From a virus: a DNA stretch of 10,288 bases. Shown here piece by piece: positions 1 to 7,741 of this stretch. Every line of letters starts with the position of its first letter. Position 1 is the stretch's first letter. The notes beneath the pieces were generated by a model, which made no database searches, was not told where the DNA came from, and was given only the letters and a program-made list of their open reading frames with translations. Where the stretch lies: the UHGV virus genome UHGV-0355879; one strand, 5' to 3'. The position numbers and the translations under genes are program-made.

Positions 1-1150
1 GATATAACTCATGCAAGTTATTAAACATTACTTTGAAAGCACTACTTATTATTTCATCTGATGTTGCTGAGAATGCCTTTATCAAATGCTTGCTAAAAGA
101 TTGGTTAATTTTTGATTTTTGTAACTCACTACTCAGCATAGCTAACAAGTCAAAATCTTTTAAAGATTCCTTTATCTCTTCATATTCCTCTATCGCATTT
201 GCTGAGTAAGGATCGAATCTTATAGGAAGACTCATAAATTTAGCCTTCATAGGAGATTCTTCATCTTCATCATTACCATGCAACTTAGCTTTAGTTACTG
301 AAAGGAACTCTTCTTTAGTAACAATATTGGTTTTTTGTTTCTGTAAAGTTAGCCCTTCATTTTCCATCAGTTTTTTACTAAGCAAAGTTAAAATCTTATG
401 AGCATCCTCTCTAGAGTTACAAAAAATAACAAAGTCGTCGACATAACGCTTATAGTTGATTCTATTCATAGACAATAATTTATCAATAGAATCTAGAGCT
501 AGTTCTGCTAATATTCTAGAGGCAGGACATCCAACTGGTACTCCATATGATTTTGTTTCACTAAATGTCTGTAGTAATTTCTTGATTTTCCCAGAGTAAT
601 CTTTATTGGGGTCGACTCTATCTAACGCATTTTCTAAACGGTGGTGATAAATACGCGGATAGAAATCTGCTATATCGCATGTAAGTACATACTTTATTTC
701 ATCGTTAGAACATTCAGAGATACTGTCTTCTTGATATTTTCTCCAAGAGATCTCTTTATCAAAAAGAGAACCATCAGCAAGGTTTGGTTTAAAGCGATAT
801 GAATAAACCTGCGTTTTAGTAGATCTATTCCTTTCAATATCATCAGCGATTTTTAAAACTAACCCAAGAAAAAAAGCATTCCAGAATGGATCAATTTGGG
901 TCGCCCACCTGTAACCATAATAACCAATACTTGAAAAGCTATTAATTATGTTTGGTGGAATCTCGATCCTTTTATTTTCAAAGTCATTAAATGTTTGCAT
1001 TAATGCAGTTTTTACTTTCTCCTTATCATCTTCAAATAACCGACTTTCAAATGGGTAAGGGAAAATATCTGTATCGCCGTGCTTTATAATATTTTCCAAT
1101 GCAAGCTCAAAGCAATTTTCTAGTTTACTACTATCAAACTCGTTACTCAT
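1..1150 (-). CDS. Reverse transcriptase, Abi/DRT-like (partial; C-terminal part lies beyond the left window edge)
   Basis: Absent from the ORF track because it runs off the edge. Minus-strand ATG at 1150..1148, open with no stop through position 1 (383 codons). Translation starts MSNEFDSSKLENCFELALEN. RT motif A-like TCDIADFYPRI (codons 650..676), motif B-like GVPVGCPASRILAELAL and catalytic motif C RYVDDFVIF (YVDD codons 434..445) were checked at nucleotide level. Start overlaps the integrase stop (ATGAGTAA, 1143..1150). Confidence 0.6.
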   Translation of the reverse strand, partial: MSNEFDSSKLENCFELALENIIKHGDTDIFPYPFESRLFEDDKEKVKTALMQTFNDFENKRIEIPPNIINSFSSIGYYGYRWATQIDPFWNAFFLGLVLKIADDIERNRSTKTQVYSYRFKPNLADGSLFDKEISWRKYQEDSISECSNDEIKYVLTCDIADFYPRIYHHRLENALDRVDPNKDYSGKIKKLLQTFSETKSYGVPVGCPASRILAELALDSIDKLLSMNRINYKRYVDDFVIFCNSREDAHKILTLLSKKLMENEGLTLQKQKTNIVTKEEFLSVTKAKLHGNDEDEESPMKAKFMSLPIRFDPYSANAIEEYEEIKESLKDFDLLAMLSSELQKSKINQSFSKHLIKAFSATSDEIISSAFKVMFNNLHELY

Positions 1151-2327
1151 TCACATTCTCCTTAATAAAAATATAATCTGAATACCACTGCATCATATCA
1201 CGGCGTTTATCAATATATTGAGCATGATTATACGTACCTCTAATATTATTCTTATCTATATGAGCAAGCTGTATTTCTATCCAAGCCGAATCATATCCTT
1301 TTTCGTGGAGGATAGTAGATAAGGAATGTCGAAATCCATGACCAGTAAGTTTTCCACCATAACCAATACGCTTGATAACTTGGTTAATACTCGCCTCACT
1401 CATAGGCTTGTTCGGATCGTTCCGCCCCGGAAAAACATAACTATACTTCCCTGTCATCATCTTGAGTTCATTTAGCAAATCTAACGCTTGAGTCGACAAA
1501 GGCACAAGGTGTGATCTGCGCATTTTCATCCTTTCAGCAGGAATTTCCCAAATAGCGTTATCTAAATCAAATTCTGACCATAATGCCGCACGTAATTCGA
1601 TGGTTCTAACACCTGTAATCATGAGCAATTTCGTGGCAATCAGGACAAGCCGACTTCCGGTATATCCGTTTAAGGCGCGAAGAAAATCAGGTATCTCATT
1701 AGCCTTTAAGAACGGGAAATGATTTGATTGGTGTACATTGAGGGCGCTTGAAAGATCCGCAGCAGGGTTAAACTCAGCCCTTCCAGTAGCAATGGCATAG
1801 CGGAAAACTTCTGAGCATCGCTGCCGAACTTTGCGCATTTTTTCTAATGCACCGCGCTTTTCGATTTTACGCAGCACATTAAGCAGTTCTAGCGGTTTAA
1901 TCTCTCCCACTGGCCTTGTTCCCACATAAGGAAAAATGTCGTTCTTAAACGCTTCCATGATGTCTGATGCATATCCCGCCGACCATTTGGTAGACTTCTG
2001 TTGATGCCACTCTCTGGCTATCTTTTCGAAGGCGTTCTCTGACTCTGTTTGCAGAGCCAGCTTTTGCTCTTTTCGAACCTCACTAGGGTTCTTTCCTTCT
2101 GCCACAAGTTTTCGAGCTTCATCACGACGGGAACGAGCATCAGCAAGAGTGATCGTTGGGTAAACACCAAGCGAGATCATTTTGGGTTTACCGGCATAGC
2201 GATAACGAAATCGCCAGCTTTTACTTCCATTTGGCTCTACAAGTAAAGACAACCCTTGCCCATCCCCAAGTGTATAGGCTTTAGCTTCAGGTTTAGCACG
2301 GCGAATCTGCATATCATTTAGGGGCAT
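1143..2327 (-). CDS. int: Tyrosine integrase, P4 / CP4-57 (IntA-like) family
   Basis: 394-aa ORF. N-terminal arm-binding region (MPLNDMQIRRAKPEAKAYTLGDGQGLSLLVEPNGSKSWRFRYRY) is typical of P4-type integrases. C-terminal catalytic signature present: R in GVRTIELRAALW, HGFRHSL box, LAHIDKNNIRGTYNHAQY with catalytic Tyr. Recalled E. coli IntA shares long stretches (AERMKMRRSHLVPLS vs AARMKMNRDHTVPLS; MMQWYSDY vs MMQWWADL). Confidence 0.85.
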   Translation of the reverse strand: MPLNDMQIRRAKPEAKAYTLGDGQGLSLLVEPNGSKSWRFRYRYAGKPKMISLGVYPTITLADARSRRDEARKLVAEGKNPSEVRKEQKLALQTESENAFEKIAREWHQQKSTKWSAGYASDIMEAFKNDIFPYVGTRPVGEIKPLELLNVLRKIEKRGALEKMRKVRQRCSEVFRYAIATGRAEFNPAADLSSALNVHQSNHFPFLKANEIPDFLRALNGYTGSRLVLIATKLLMITGVRTIELRAALWSEFDLDNAIWEIPAERMKMRRSHLVPLSTQALDLLNELKMMTGKYSYVFPGRNDPNKPMSEASINQVIKRIGYGGKLTGHGFRHSLSTILHEKGYDSAWIEIQLAHIDKNNIRGTYNHAQYIDKRRDMMQWYSDYIFIKENVNE

Positions 2328-2379
2328 GTGTATAGAATTCCAAAATCGAACAGGAACATATACATAATCCTATACACAT
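2326..2379. repeat. Imperfect 14-bp inverted repeat (ATGTGTATAGAATT / AATCCTATACACAT) overlapping the integrase start codon
   Basis: Arms at 2326..2339 and 2366..2379, 13 of 14 positions complementary, 26-bp spacer. The left arm overlaps the int start codon (2325..2327). Candidate operator, Int-binding site or att-proximal element. Confidence 0.3.
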
Positions 2380-2649
2380 TTAGTACTGGATTCTACTGGA
2401 AAGTTATGGACTAATACGAACAGTAAAAACAAAAAATCTTTTATAAAACAGTGCGGTTATGGATAAATACGGATGTTTGAAGAAGTGGAGATGGTGCCGA
2501 TAATAGGAGTGTAACACGCGATAAATCTTGTGTTCGGGTCTTCTTCTACGACCTTCGCAACTACCTGATTTAACGATTTTTACGCACACTGATAATCTGG
2601 CATTCATCATGCACATGATAAACGCCCCTAAACTTTAACGGGGTGGAAA

Positions 2650-3864
2650 ATGAAATACAAGCCGGATCAATACATCATCTCTGATAGTTACGGAGTTTAT
2701 TACGTCAGGATCTCAATTCCTATATGGCTTCGTAATGCATTTGGTGGAAGAAAAACTCTCGTCCGTAGTCTGAACACTTCCGATCTTCGTGTGGCACGTA
2801 GGAAGCGTGATGTTATAGCAGACGAGTTTCACCACATCAGGCAAATTGCAGAGCCACCAAAACCGGACAGCCTGCAGGACACAATCAGCTATCTAAAGAG
2901 CGTTGCTAAGTACGCAAAAGCTGCCCCGAAAGCATCAGCGCCAATTATCTCCCAATGCCCCTCTCTGAATAAGATGTTGGAGATTTACCTCACGCATAAC
3001 GCTGATCGCCTGAAAATTGGAACATTAAGCAAGACCAGGAAAGCCGTAGAACTGTTTCTGAATTACCTGCGAAAGAAGGATGTGGAACTAAACGATATCA
3101 ACCGTACCACCGTTACAGGCTGGCTTGATCATCTCCGAGAAACAAAGGCAGTCCAAACAGTGGCTAACTATCTTTCTGCAATGGCAAACATTCTCGATCT
3201 TGCCTCTTCCCGATACCAGGACGCCCCACAGCTGGAAAGTAACGTATTCAGAGGGCATAAACTCAACACAGCGCAGAGCCGCCAGAGTTACGAGGCATTC
3301 ACGGACGAAGAAATTACGAAGCTCATTAGCACGTTTAACAAGTTAGGAGAGGACGAATTAAGGGATTTAAGCGCCATAGCCGCTTATAGCGGAATGCGCA
3401 TCAATGAAATAGCCAGTTTGAAATCTGACAATATCCGTGAAGTTGAGGGGGTGTTATGTTTCGATGTATTGGAAGGAAAGACAGCTAACGCTTCCAGGCT
3501 AATCCCATGCCATAGTGCGATTAAAACAATGGTCCTGGAACGCTGCCAGAAGCCGCACAACGGCTTTTTATTTTACCGTGCAAGTGTGACCAAGAGAGAG
3601 GACGGCAAGCGCTCCTCATGGCACGTAAACCGCTTTGGACGGCTTAAACGCGATATTCTCCCAGGGCAAGAAAACAAGGTGTTTCACTCGTACCGCCATG
3701 CCGTGATCAGTAAGCTAAACGCCGCCGGAGTGGATGAATCTCGTATTGCCTTGCTCGCGGGCCACTCATTTGGAGAAACTGAATCTTTCAAGACGTATTC
3801 GAAATCCGTTCCTGAGCGAATAGTGAAGGAACTAAAAGAATATATCGAATTAATCAAATATTAA
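2650..3864 (+). CDS. Tyrosine-type site-specific recombinase / integrase (second, unrelated to the P4-type one)
   Basis: 404-aa ORF, GGTGGA-like RBS 4-5 nt upstream. N-terminus (YYVRISIPIWLRNAFGGRKTLVRSLNTSDLRVARRKRDVIADEF) matches the arm-binding pattern of genomic-island integrases. Catalytic residues in SGMRINEIASL (Arg), HSYRHAVISKL (His-x-x-Arg), LLAGHSFGETESFKTYSK (His, Tyr). Confidence 0.8.
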   Translation: MKYKPDQYIISDSYGVYYVRISIPIWLRNAFGGRKTLVRSLNTSDLRVARRKRDVIADEFHHIRQIAEPPKPDSLQDTISYLKSVAKYAKAAPKASAPIISQCPSLNKMLEIYLTHNADRLKIGTLSKTRKAVELFLNYLRKKDVELNDINRTTVTGWLDHLRETKAVQTVANYLSAMANILDLASSRYQDAPQLESNVFRGHKLNTAQSRQSYEAFTDEEITKLISTFNKLGEDELRDLSAIAAYSGMRINEIASLKSDNIREVEGVLCFDVLEGKTANASRLIPCHSAIKTMVLERCQKPHNGFLFYRASVTKREDGKRSSWHVNRFGRLKRDILPGQENKVFHSYRHAVISKLNAAGVDESRIALLAGHSFGETESFKTYSKSVPERIVKELKEYIELIKY

Positions 3865-3878
3865 AATACCTTAAATGT

Positions 3879-3908
3879 GAGGGGGAATCCCCCTCTATTT
3901 TATTTATA
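3879..3908 (+). terminator. Rho-independent terminator, probably bidirectional, between convergent genes
   Basis: Perfect 7-bp G/C stem GAGGGGG (3879..3885), loop AAT, CCCCCTC (3889..3895), then T-rich TATTTTATTTATA. Lies 15 nt after the integrase stop; the A/T-rich flank on the other side lets it serve the minus-strand gene ending at 3900. Confidence 0.55.
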
Positions 3909-4178
3909 CCATACACTTTGCATATATTGCGATGTTTCAGATGAAATATTATACCAATATGCATAATTATTTGTTGCATCTACAACTATCAATTTATCAT
4001 CACTATCCATCGCTTTATGAACTATTTGCGATGCCTGTTCAGAATTGTAATGTGAATTAACATACCAATTTGATTCTGTAACTTTGACTGCTACGCCCAA
4101 TGATTTAATAGCTTCGTAAACTGCTGGATAGTTTTTAGTTTTGATCAAGTCATAGGTTACAAAAAGATTGTTAGCCAT
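3900..4178 (-). CDS. Hypothetical small protein (92 aa), AT-rich
   Basis: ORF with GGAGAG RBS 7 nt upstream of ATG at 4178. Local G+C about 25% (hand count of 3901..3960), unlike neighbouring genes. No family recognised with confidence. Confidence 0.5.
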   Translation of the reverse strand: MANNLFVTYDLIKTKNYPAVYEAIKSLGVAVKVTESNWYVNSHYNSEQASQIVHKAMDSDDKLIVVDATNNYAYWYNISSETSQYMQSVWYK

Positions 4179-4197
4179 TTTATTCTCTCCAGAGATT

Positions 4198-4226
4198 CAA
4201 AAGAATAAGCGCCGCTATAGGCGCTT
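4198..4226 (-). terminator. Possible intrinsic terminator / stem-loop
   Basis: 7-bp stem AAGCGCC (4207..4213) / GGCGCTT (4220..4226), 6-nt loop. On the minus strand it follows the small ORF stop (4237) and is followed by ATTCTTTTG. Confidence 0.3.
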
Positions 4227-4236
4227 TGAGATGTTT

Positions 4237-4365
4237 TTATTTCTTAGCTTTCTTGGTAGGGATTTTGATAGTTTCAGTTACCGTAGTGTCAGGATGTCTT
4301 TTAGCTTCAATGGGCTTAACAAACTGACCAGTTATCGCAGAACGAACTACTGTTTTCTTAGCCAT
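4237..4365 (-). CDS. Hypothetical small basic protein (42 aa; MAKKTVVRSAITGQFVKPIEAKRHPDTTVTETIKIPTKKAKK)
   Basis: Internal ATG (4365..4363) of track ORF 4237..4467, preceded by GAGGT RBS 5 nt upstream. The longer 76-aa form would start inside the upstream terminator hairpin and lacks an RBS. Lys-rich, low complexity; could be non-coding. Confidence 0.3.
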   Translation of the reverse strand: MAKKTVVRSAITGQFVKPIEAKRHPDTTVTETIKIPTKKAKK

Positions 4366-4442
4366 AAAACACCTCATCTTGGAGATAAAGAGTGAACTGC
4401 TTACCCTTTTAAGAATAAGGGACAAACGAAGCGGCGTCAAAG

Positions 4443-4491
4443 AAAAAACACCACATATACACATCATTTACAAAACAAGCGCAATATGTGG
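4443..4491 (-). terminator. Candidate intrinsic terminator downstream of the 623-aa gene
   Basis: 8-bp stem CCACATAT (4451..4458) / ATATGTGG (4484..4491) with a long 25-nt loop, followed on the minus strand by TGTTTTTTCT (plus-strand A-run 4443..4448). Begins 26 nt after the stop at 4517. Confidence 0.35.
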
Positions 4492-4516
4492 TATCTCCAT
4501 GCGATTTACATCACAA

Positions 4517-6388
4517 TCACCCCCCTGTGCTGCTCTGACCGCTCAAGGCTGACAAGGTGAGCGACTGTGTAAAACTGGCTTGTGAGGCTCTCGCCTGGAA
4601 ATCAATGTAATCGCTCAGCCTTGAGCTATCGCTGGCGATAGTTAGCGGAACAGACGCTTCAAGATTGAGATTGAATACAGGTGCAAGATTGTACGCTGGC
4701 GCACTATTGGTGCTGGTTAGGGATGATATAGCAGAATCACGAAGCGCTCCCCCTTTCAGAGAATCACCATTCAGGCCGTATTGTTCTACCGCTGTCCCTG
4801 TAGGCTGATCATCTATCCCTAACCAACCTTTAACGGCATGACCTACACTACGGCTGTCCCACCCTGTCTTGTCCTGCACCCAATCGGCAGCACTGTTGGC
4901 ACTTCCTGTAACAGCACCATCATACAAACTCTGTGCCGCTGGCTTATCGCTACCAGTGAACCATTGAGGGAAACGTTCTTTCAGCCCTGCATTGATATCA
5001 CTCACAACACTGGAAATCTCACCCACAAACCCAGTGATTTCTTTCGAGAGATTGCCTAAGCCCTCTCCAAGCATTCCCGCCGCTTCGGTGATAATTTTGG
5101 TTTTCCTTACCAGATCGTCGCCCCCATCGGCAAAGCCTTTCATCCAGCCTGTAAACAACTGATTGTCTATTCCATTCATCAGATTACCCATAGCAACACT
5201 CAAATCGCCATACTCATAAACCTGCTTGATCATTTCGTCGTTCAGCGTCTGACCGGACTCAATGAGAGTTCTTAGCGTCTTGTTATACTCTGCACCGTTG
5301 TTCATGAACATATCGGTGTAGTGCATCAGGTCATCACCTAAACTCTCAATCAGCGTACCAATCTGAGCCTGTGACATACCACGGCGTTGCCCTTCATTCA
5401 CCGTAGCTTGAACAAAATCGAGTGGTGAATCTTGGAACTTGGAAATCTGATCCTTACTCCATCCAAATTTGTTCATTATCGACGTAATGCCACCATCCCC
5501 ACCCTTCCATTCGCCATTCTTCATTTGAGCATCGTTAACAGTCATGGCGAGGCGTTCACGCACATCTTTCATGTTATCGACGGCTTTTGAGGTATTAGCT
5601 GAATCAACACCGTGTTGCTGTCCCCAGGCCACCATCGTTTTTATGGCGTTTGGGTTGGTTTTCACACGTTCACTCATTCTCACCAGTTCGAGGTTATCAT
5701 TCCCTTTGTCAATAATTCGCTGCCCCACTCCGAGGGAGCCAGCCGTTAACGCAAGGCTTCCTAATACCCCACCACCGACGATAGGAGCATTCCCGCCCTT
5801 CTGAGCCTTTAGCTTAGTGGCTGCTGCGGCATACTGGGTACGCTGTGCCTGTGTCACTTTGGCTTGCTGTGCGGCTTCTCTGCGTAACAGGGTTACACGC
5901 TCACGAATAGATGCGTTCATACGGGCACTGGTCAGATTGCCTTTGGCAAATTCCTCTGTTTGCTGACGTATGAAACGTAACGCTTCATATTGAGATTTAG
6001 GATCAAGTCCGTATTTACCTTTAATTCCTGACACTTGTAGCCCTGCATGGCGAAGTTTAAGCTCGGCTGTCTCTTGGTGCTTCTGTAGCTGCTGCTTCGC
6101 TTTCAGATTGGCCTTTTCATCCCTGGCTTTCTGCTTCTCTGCCGCACGTTGGGCTTTCATTTCCTTCGTATCACGAGGTTTATCATTAAAACGTGCATCA
6201 TCGGCTTGTTGACGAGCTTTCTGTCTGCGCTGCTTCTGAGCCTGGAAGCGAATCTTGGGATCGGCTATTTTCTGGAAGTGCTTTTGAAGGTTATCCGCTG
6301 CGGCTTTAGCCAGAGCAATGCTCTGCTTATCCACCACGAATGTAACCGTATTGCGGATCTGACTGACCGAAATATCAAGCATCGCCAC
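4517..6388 (-). CDS. Large phage structural-like protein, tail tape-measure-like (tentative)
   Basis: 623-aa ORF. Lys/Gln/Arg/Ala-rich predicted coiled-coil N-terminal third (KQRRQKARQQADDARFNDKPRDTKEMKAQRAAEKQKARDEKANLKAKQQLQKHQETAELKLRHAGLQ), then a Gly-rich hydrophobic segment (GGNAPIVGGGVLGSLALTAGSLGVGQ) and repeated G-x-G stretches. The track start is GTG at 6388; an in-frame ATG at 6382 with GAAAGG 8 nt upstream is the more likely start and makes an ATGCTTGA overlap with the preceding gene's stop. Confidence 0.65.
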   Translation of the reverse strand: MAMLDISVSQIRNTVTFVVDKQSIALAKAAADNLQKHFQKIADPKIRFQAQKQRRQKARQQADDARFNDKPRDTKEMKAQRAAEKQKARDEKANLKAKQQLQKHQETAELKLRHAGLQVSGIKGKYGLDPKSQYEALRFIRQQTEEFAKGNLTSARMNASIRERVTLLRREAAQQAKVTQAQRTQYAAAATKLKAQKGGNAPIVGGGVLGSLALTAGSLGVGQRIIDKGNDNLELVRMSERVKTNPNAIKTMVAWGQQHGVDSANTSKAVDNMKDVRERLAMTVNDAQMKNGEWKGGDGGITSIMNKFGWSKDQISKFQDSPLDFVQATVNEGQRRGMSQAQIGTLIESLGDDLMHYTDMFMNNGAEYNKTLRTLIESGQTLNDEMIKQVYEYGDLSVAMGNLMNGIDNQLFTGWMKGFADGGDDLVRKTKIITEAAGMLGEGLGNLSKEITGFVGEISSVVSDINAGLKERFPQWFTGSDKPAAQSLYDGAVTGSANSAADWVQDKTGWDSRSVGHAVKGWLGIDDQPTGTAVEQYGLNGDSLKGGALRDSAISSLTSTNSAPAYNLAPVFNLNLEASVPLTIASDSSRLSDYIDFQARASQASFTQSLTLSALSGQSSTGG

Positions 6389-6572
6389 CGCCTTTCTTAC
6401 TCACCAGATAATTAAGTGCATCTGATACACTACGCCCACGATGTAATAACTGACGTAGATGACCGTGATCTATTTCAAGCACACGACACACTCCCGCCAG
6501 ATTTAATAACTCTTCTGCTGTTTCAGCATTTACGGCGAGGTGAAGCCCCGCGCTTTTTACAATCACTTGCAT
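6375..6572 (-). CDS. Hypothetical protein (65 aa)
   Basis: ORF with AGAGGA RBS about 8 nt upstream of ATG at 6572; immediately downstream of the capsid-operon terminator; stop overlaps the start of the 623-aa gene. Same orientation as the surrounding operon. Confidence 0.45.
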   Translation of the reverse strand: MQVIVKSAGLHLAVNAETAEELLNLAGVCRVLEIDHGHLRQLLHRGRSVSDALNYLVSKKGGGDA

Positions 6573-6596
6573 TTATCTTTCCTCTTATTCTGGAAA

Positions 6597-6630
6597 TAAA
6601 AAAGGGCGGGAACACTGGGGAGATGTTCCC
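6597..6630 (-). terminator. Rho-independent terminator downstream of the major capsid gene
   Basis: 7-bp stem GGGAACA (6608..6614) / TGTTCCC (6624..6630) with 9-nt loop; on the minus strand followed by GCCC then T7 (plus-strand A-run 6597..6603). About 65 nt after the capsid stop (6694). Confidence 0.5.
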
Positions 6631-6693
6631 AACGTTCACACGCCCTATTCAAAAGCCTGATTATTGCCTGCGGGTCAGGCTCCCGCTTGCTCA

Positions 6694-7725
6694 TTAAGCA
6701 GTGATGGTGATCTTCACTTGCATACCTAACGCATGGTTCACTGGTAATGCGCTGTTTTCGTGCATAACGTGGTAAGCATCGCCGCGCTCGCTCAGGTAGC
6801 CCCAAGAGTAGTATTCAGCAGGTGCAGCATCGATCAGCGCGAAGTTGCCAGAGGCAGCGCCGTAGATGTTCTGATAAGCATTTGTGCCTTTACTGAATAC
6901 CGGAACCGCCACCATGTCAGCATCATCTGGCATCTGTGCAAGGATCAGCGGATCTGTCACTTTAACAATGTCGATAGGCGCACCAGGTAGGCTAAACGTA
7001 CTAACACCAGGGAGAAGCTCGTGACGCTGGTAGAATAGGTTACGGTCGTCATATGGCGCTACATACTGGAACGCCTTAGACATACTGTCAGAGAAGCGAA
7101 TCTGGCTAAATGCAGCAGGTTTAGCGAATACGATCACTCGTTCAATCTGTCCAGCCAATCCACCTGCGGCAGCCTGAACTTTGTCTAAGATGGCATCAAA
7201 ATCCTGTGCCGCTGTCGCTGTGCTCACGCTGGCTGTCATTGGCACCACACCGAACAGTTCAGCATAAGAGATCAGTAGGTCATCAGTTGCAGGCGTATAA
7301 ACTTCACCTTTGAACAGAGCACGGGCCAGGTAGGATTCACGGGTACGAAGATAGGCAATCTTATGTTTCCCTGTGTACTCGGTGTACAGGTCGGTAACGG
7401 TTTGCTCGTAGTCCGTGCCTTGCACCCTTTTCCCTTGTACGTCTACTGGTTTGAAGGTGTCTTCCCTCGCAAACCAAGGGATCTCCACCAAATATTCTTT
7501 ACCATTCTGACGCGCGGTAGTGTCGTGGCTTGATGAATAACGACTCTGCGGGGTGTTAAACAGGCTGTAGTTATCATCCAGAAGCTGTGTCACCACCACT
7601 TTCGGATTCTGAACACCTACCCCGTCGAAGAGGTCGAGAGCATTCATAAGATAGTTACGTTCCGGCAGAGCCTGGAAGATTGGCGCTAAATCGACCATCT
7701 CACGCCCAATTGCGATTTTACTCAT
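6694..7725 (-). CDS. Phage major capsid protein, lambda gpE-like family (tentative)
   Basis: 343-aa ORF (lambda E is 341 aa) with AAGGAAG RBS 8 nt upstream. Sits directly after a roughly 120-aa decoration-like gene, the D-E order of lambda-type head modules. Assignment is by size, context and composition, not by verified alignment. Confidence 0.55.
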   Translation of the reverse strand: MSKIAIGREMVDLAPIFQALPERNYLMNALDLFDGVGVQNPKVVVTQLLDDNYSLFNTPQSRYSSSHDTTARQNGKEYLVEIPWFAREDTFKPVDVQGKRVQGTDYEQTVTDLYTEYTGKHKIAYLRTRESYLARALFKGEVYTPATDDLLISYAELFGVVPMTASVSTATAAQDFDAILDKVQAAAGGLAGQIERVIVFAKPAAFSQIRFSDSMSKAFQYVAPYDDRNLFYQRHELLPGVSTFSLPGAPIDIVKVTDPLILAQMPDDADMVAVPVFSKGTNAYQNIYGAASGNFALIDAAPAEYYSWGYLSERGDAYHVMHENSALPVNHALGMQVKITITA

Positions 7726-7741
7726 TATTTATCTTCCTTGA

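Noticed and set aside
1-1150. Classical retron (msr/msd ncRNA plus RT)
   Set aside because: Retron ncRNAs lie immediately upstream of the RT gene; here the RT start overlaps the integrase coding sequence, leaving no room. An ncRNA elsewhere, off-window, cannot be excluded.
2049-2246. Plus-strand 65-aa ORF inside the P4-type integrase gene; likewise 3125..3346 inside the second integrase, 4838..5059 and 5544..5804 inside the 623-aa gene, 7824..8042 inside the decoration-like gene, and 9043..9258 inside the 113-aa gene
   Set aside because: All lie entirely within and antisense to (or out of frame with) much longer well-supported ORFs, have no recognisable RBS, and have low-complexity or junk-like translations; treated as shadow ORFs.
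2532-2540. GTTCGGGTC, superficially like a tRNA T-loop, as a possible tRNA fragment at an att site
   Set aside because: The flanking sequences cannot form the T-arm or acceptor stems and no CCA-proximal acceptor sequence follows; judged coincidental.
2404-2616. 70-aa minus-strand ORF in the junction between the two integrases
   Set aside because: Cys/His/Arg/Phe-rich junk-like translation, no RBS, and it occupies a region more plausibly holding divergent promoters and att or operator sequences.
3900-4178. Cas2-like identity for the 92-aa protein, based on the N-terminal LFVTYDL strand and overall beta-alpha-beta pattern
   Set aside because: The resemblance is a single short motif, there is no CRISPR array or cas1 nearby, and many small alpha/beta proteins share this pattern.
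4237-4467. Full 76-aa form of the small basic ORF, and the plus-strand 75-aa ORF 4168..4395
   Set aside because: The 76-aa form begins inside the terminator hairpin after the 623-aa gene and has no RBS. The plus-strand ORF is Phe/Ser/Arg-rich junk-like sequence antisense to it. Only the 42-aa internal start is supported, weakly.
6149-6697. Plus-strand ORFs 6149..6415 and 6416..6697 (TTG/GTG starts)
   Set aside because: Antisense to the 623-aa and 65-aa genes; the second reads straight through the terminator hairpin; the minus-strand genes have proper RBSs and fit the operon direction.
6563-6990. ORFs 6563..6805 (minus) and 6760..6990 (plus) overlapping the 3-prime end of the capsid gene
   Set aside because: Alternative-frame or antisense overlaps with the 343-aa capsid ORF; the first also runs through the terminator hairpin.
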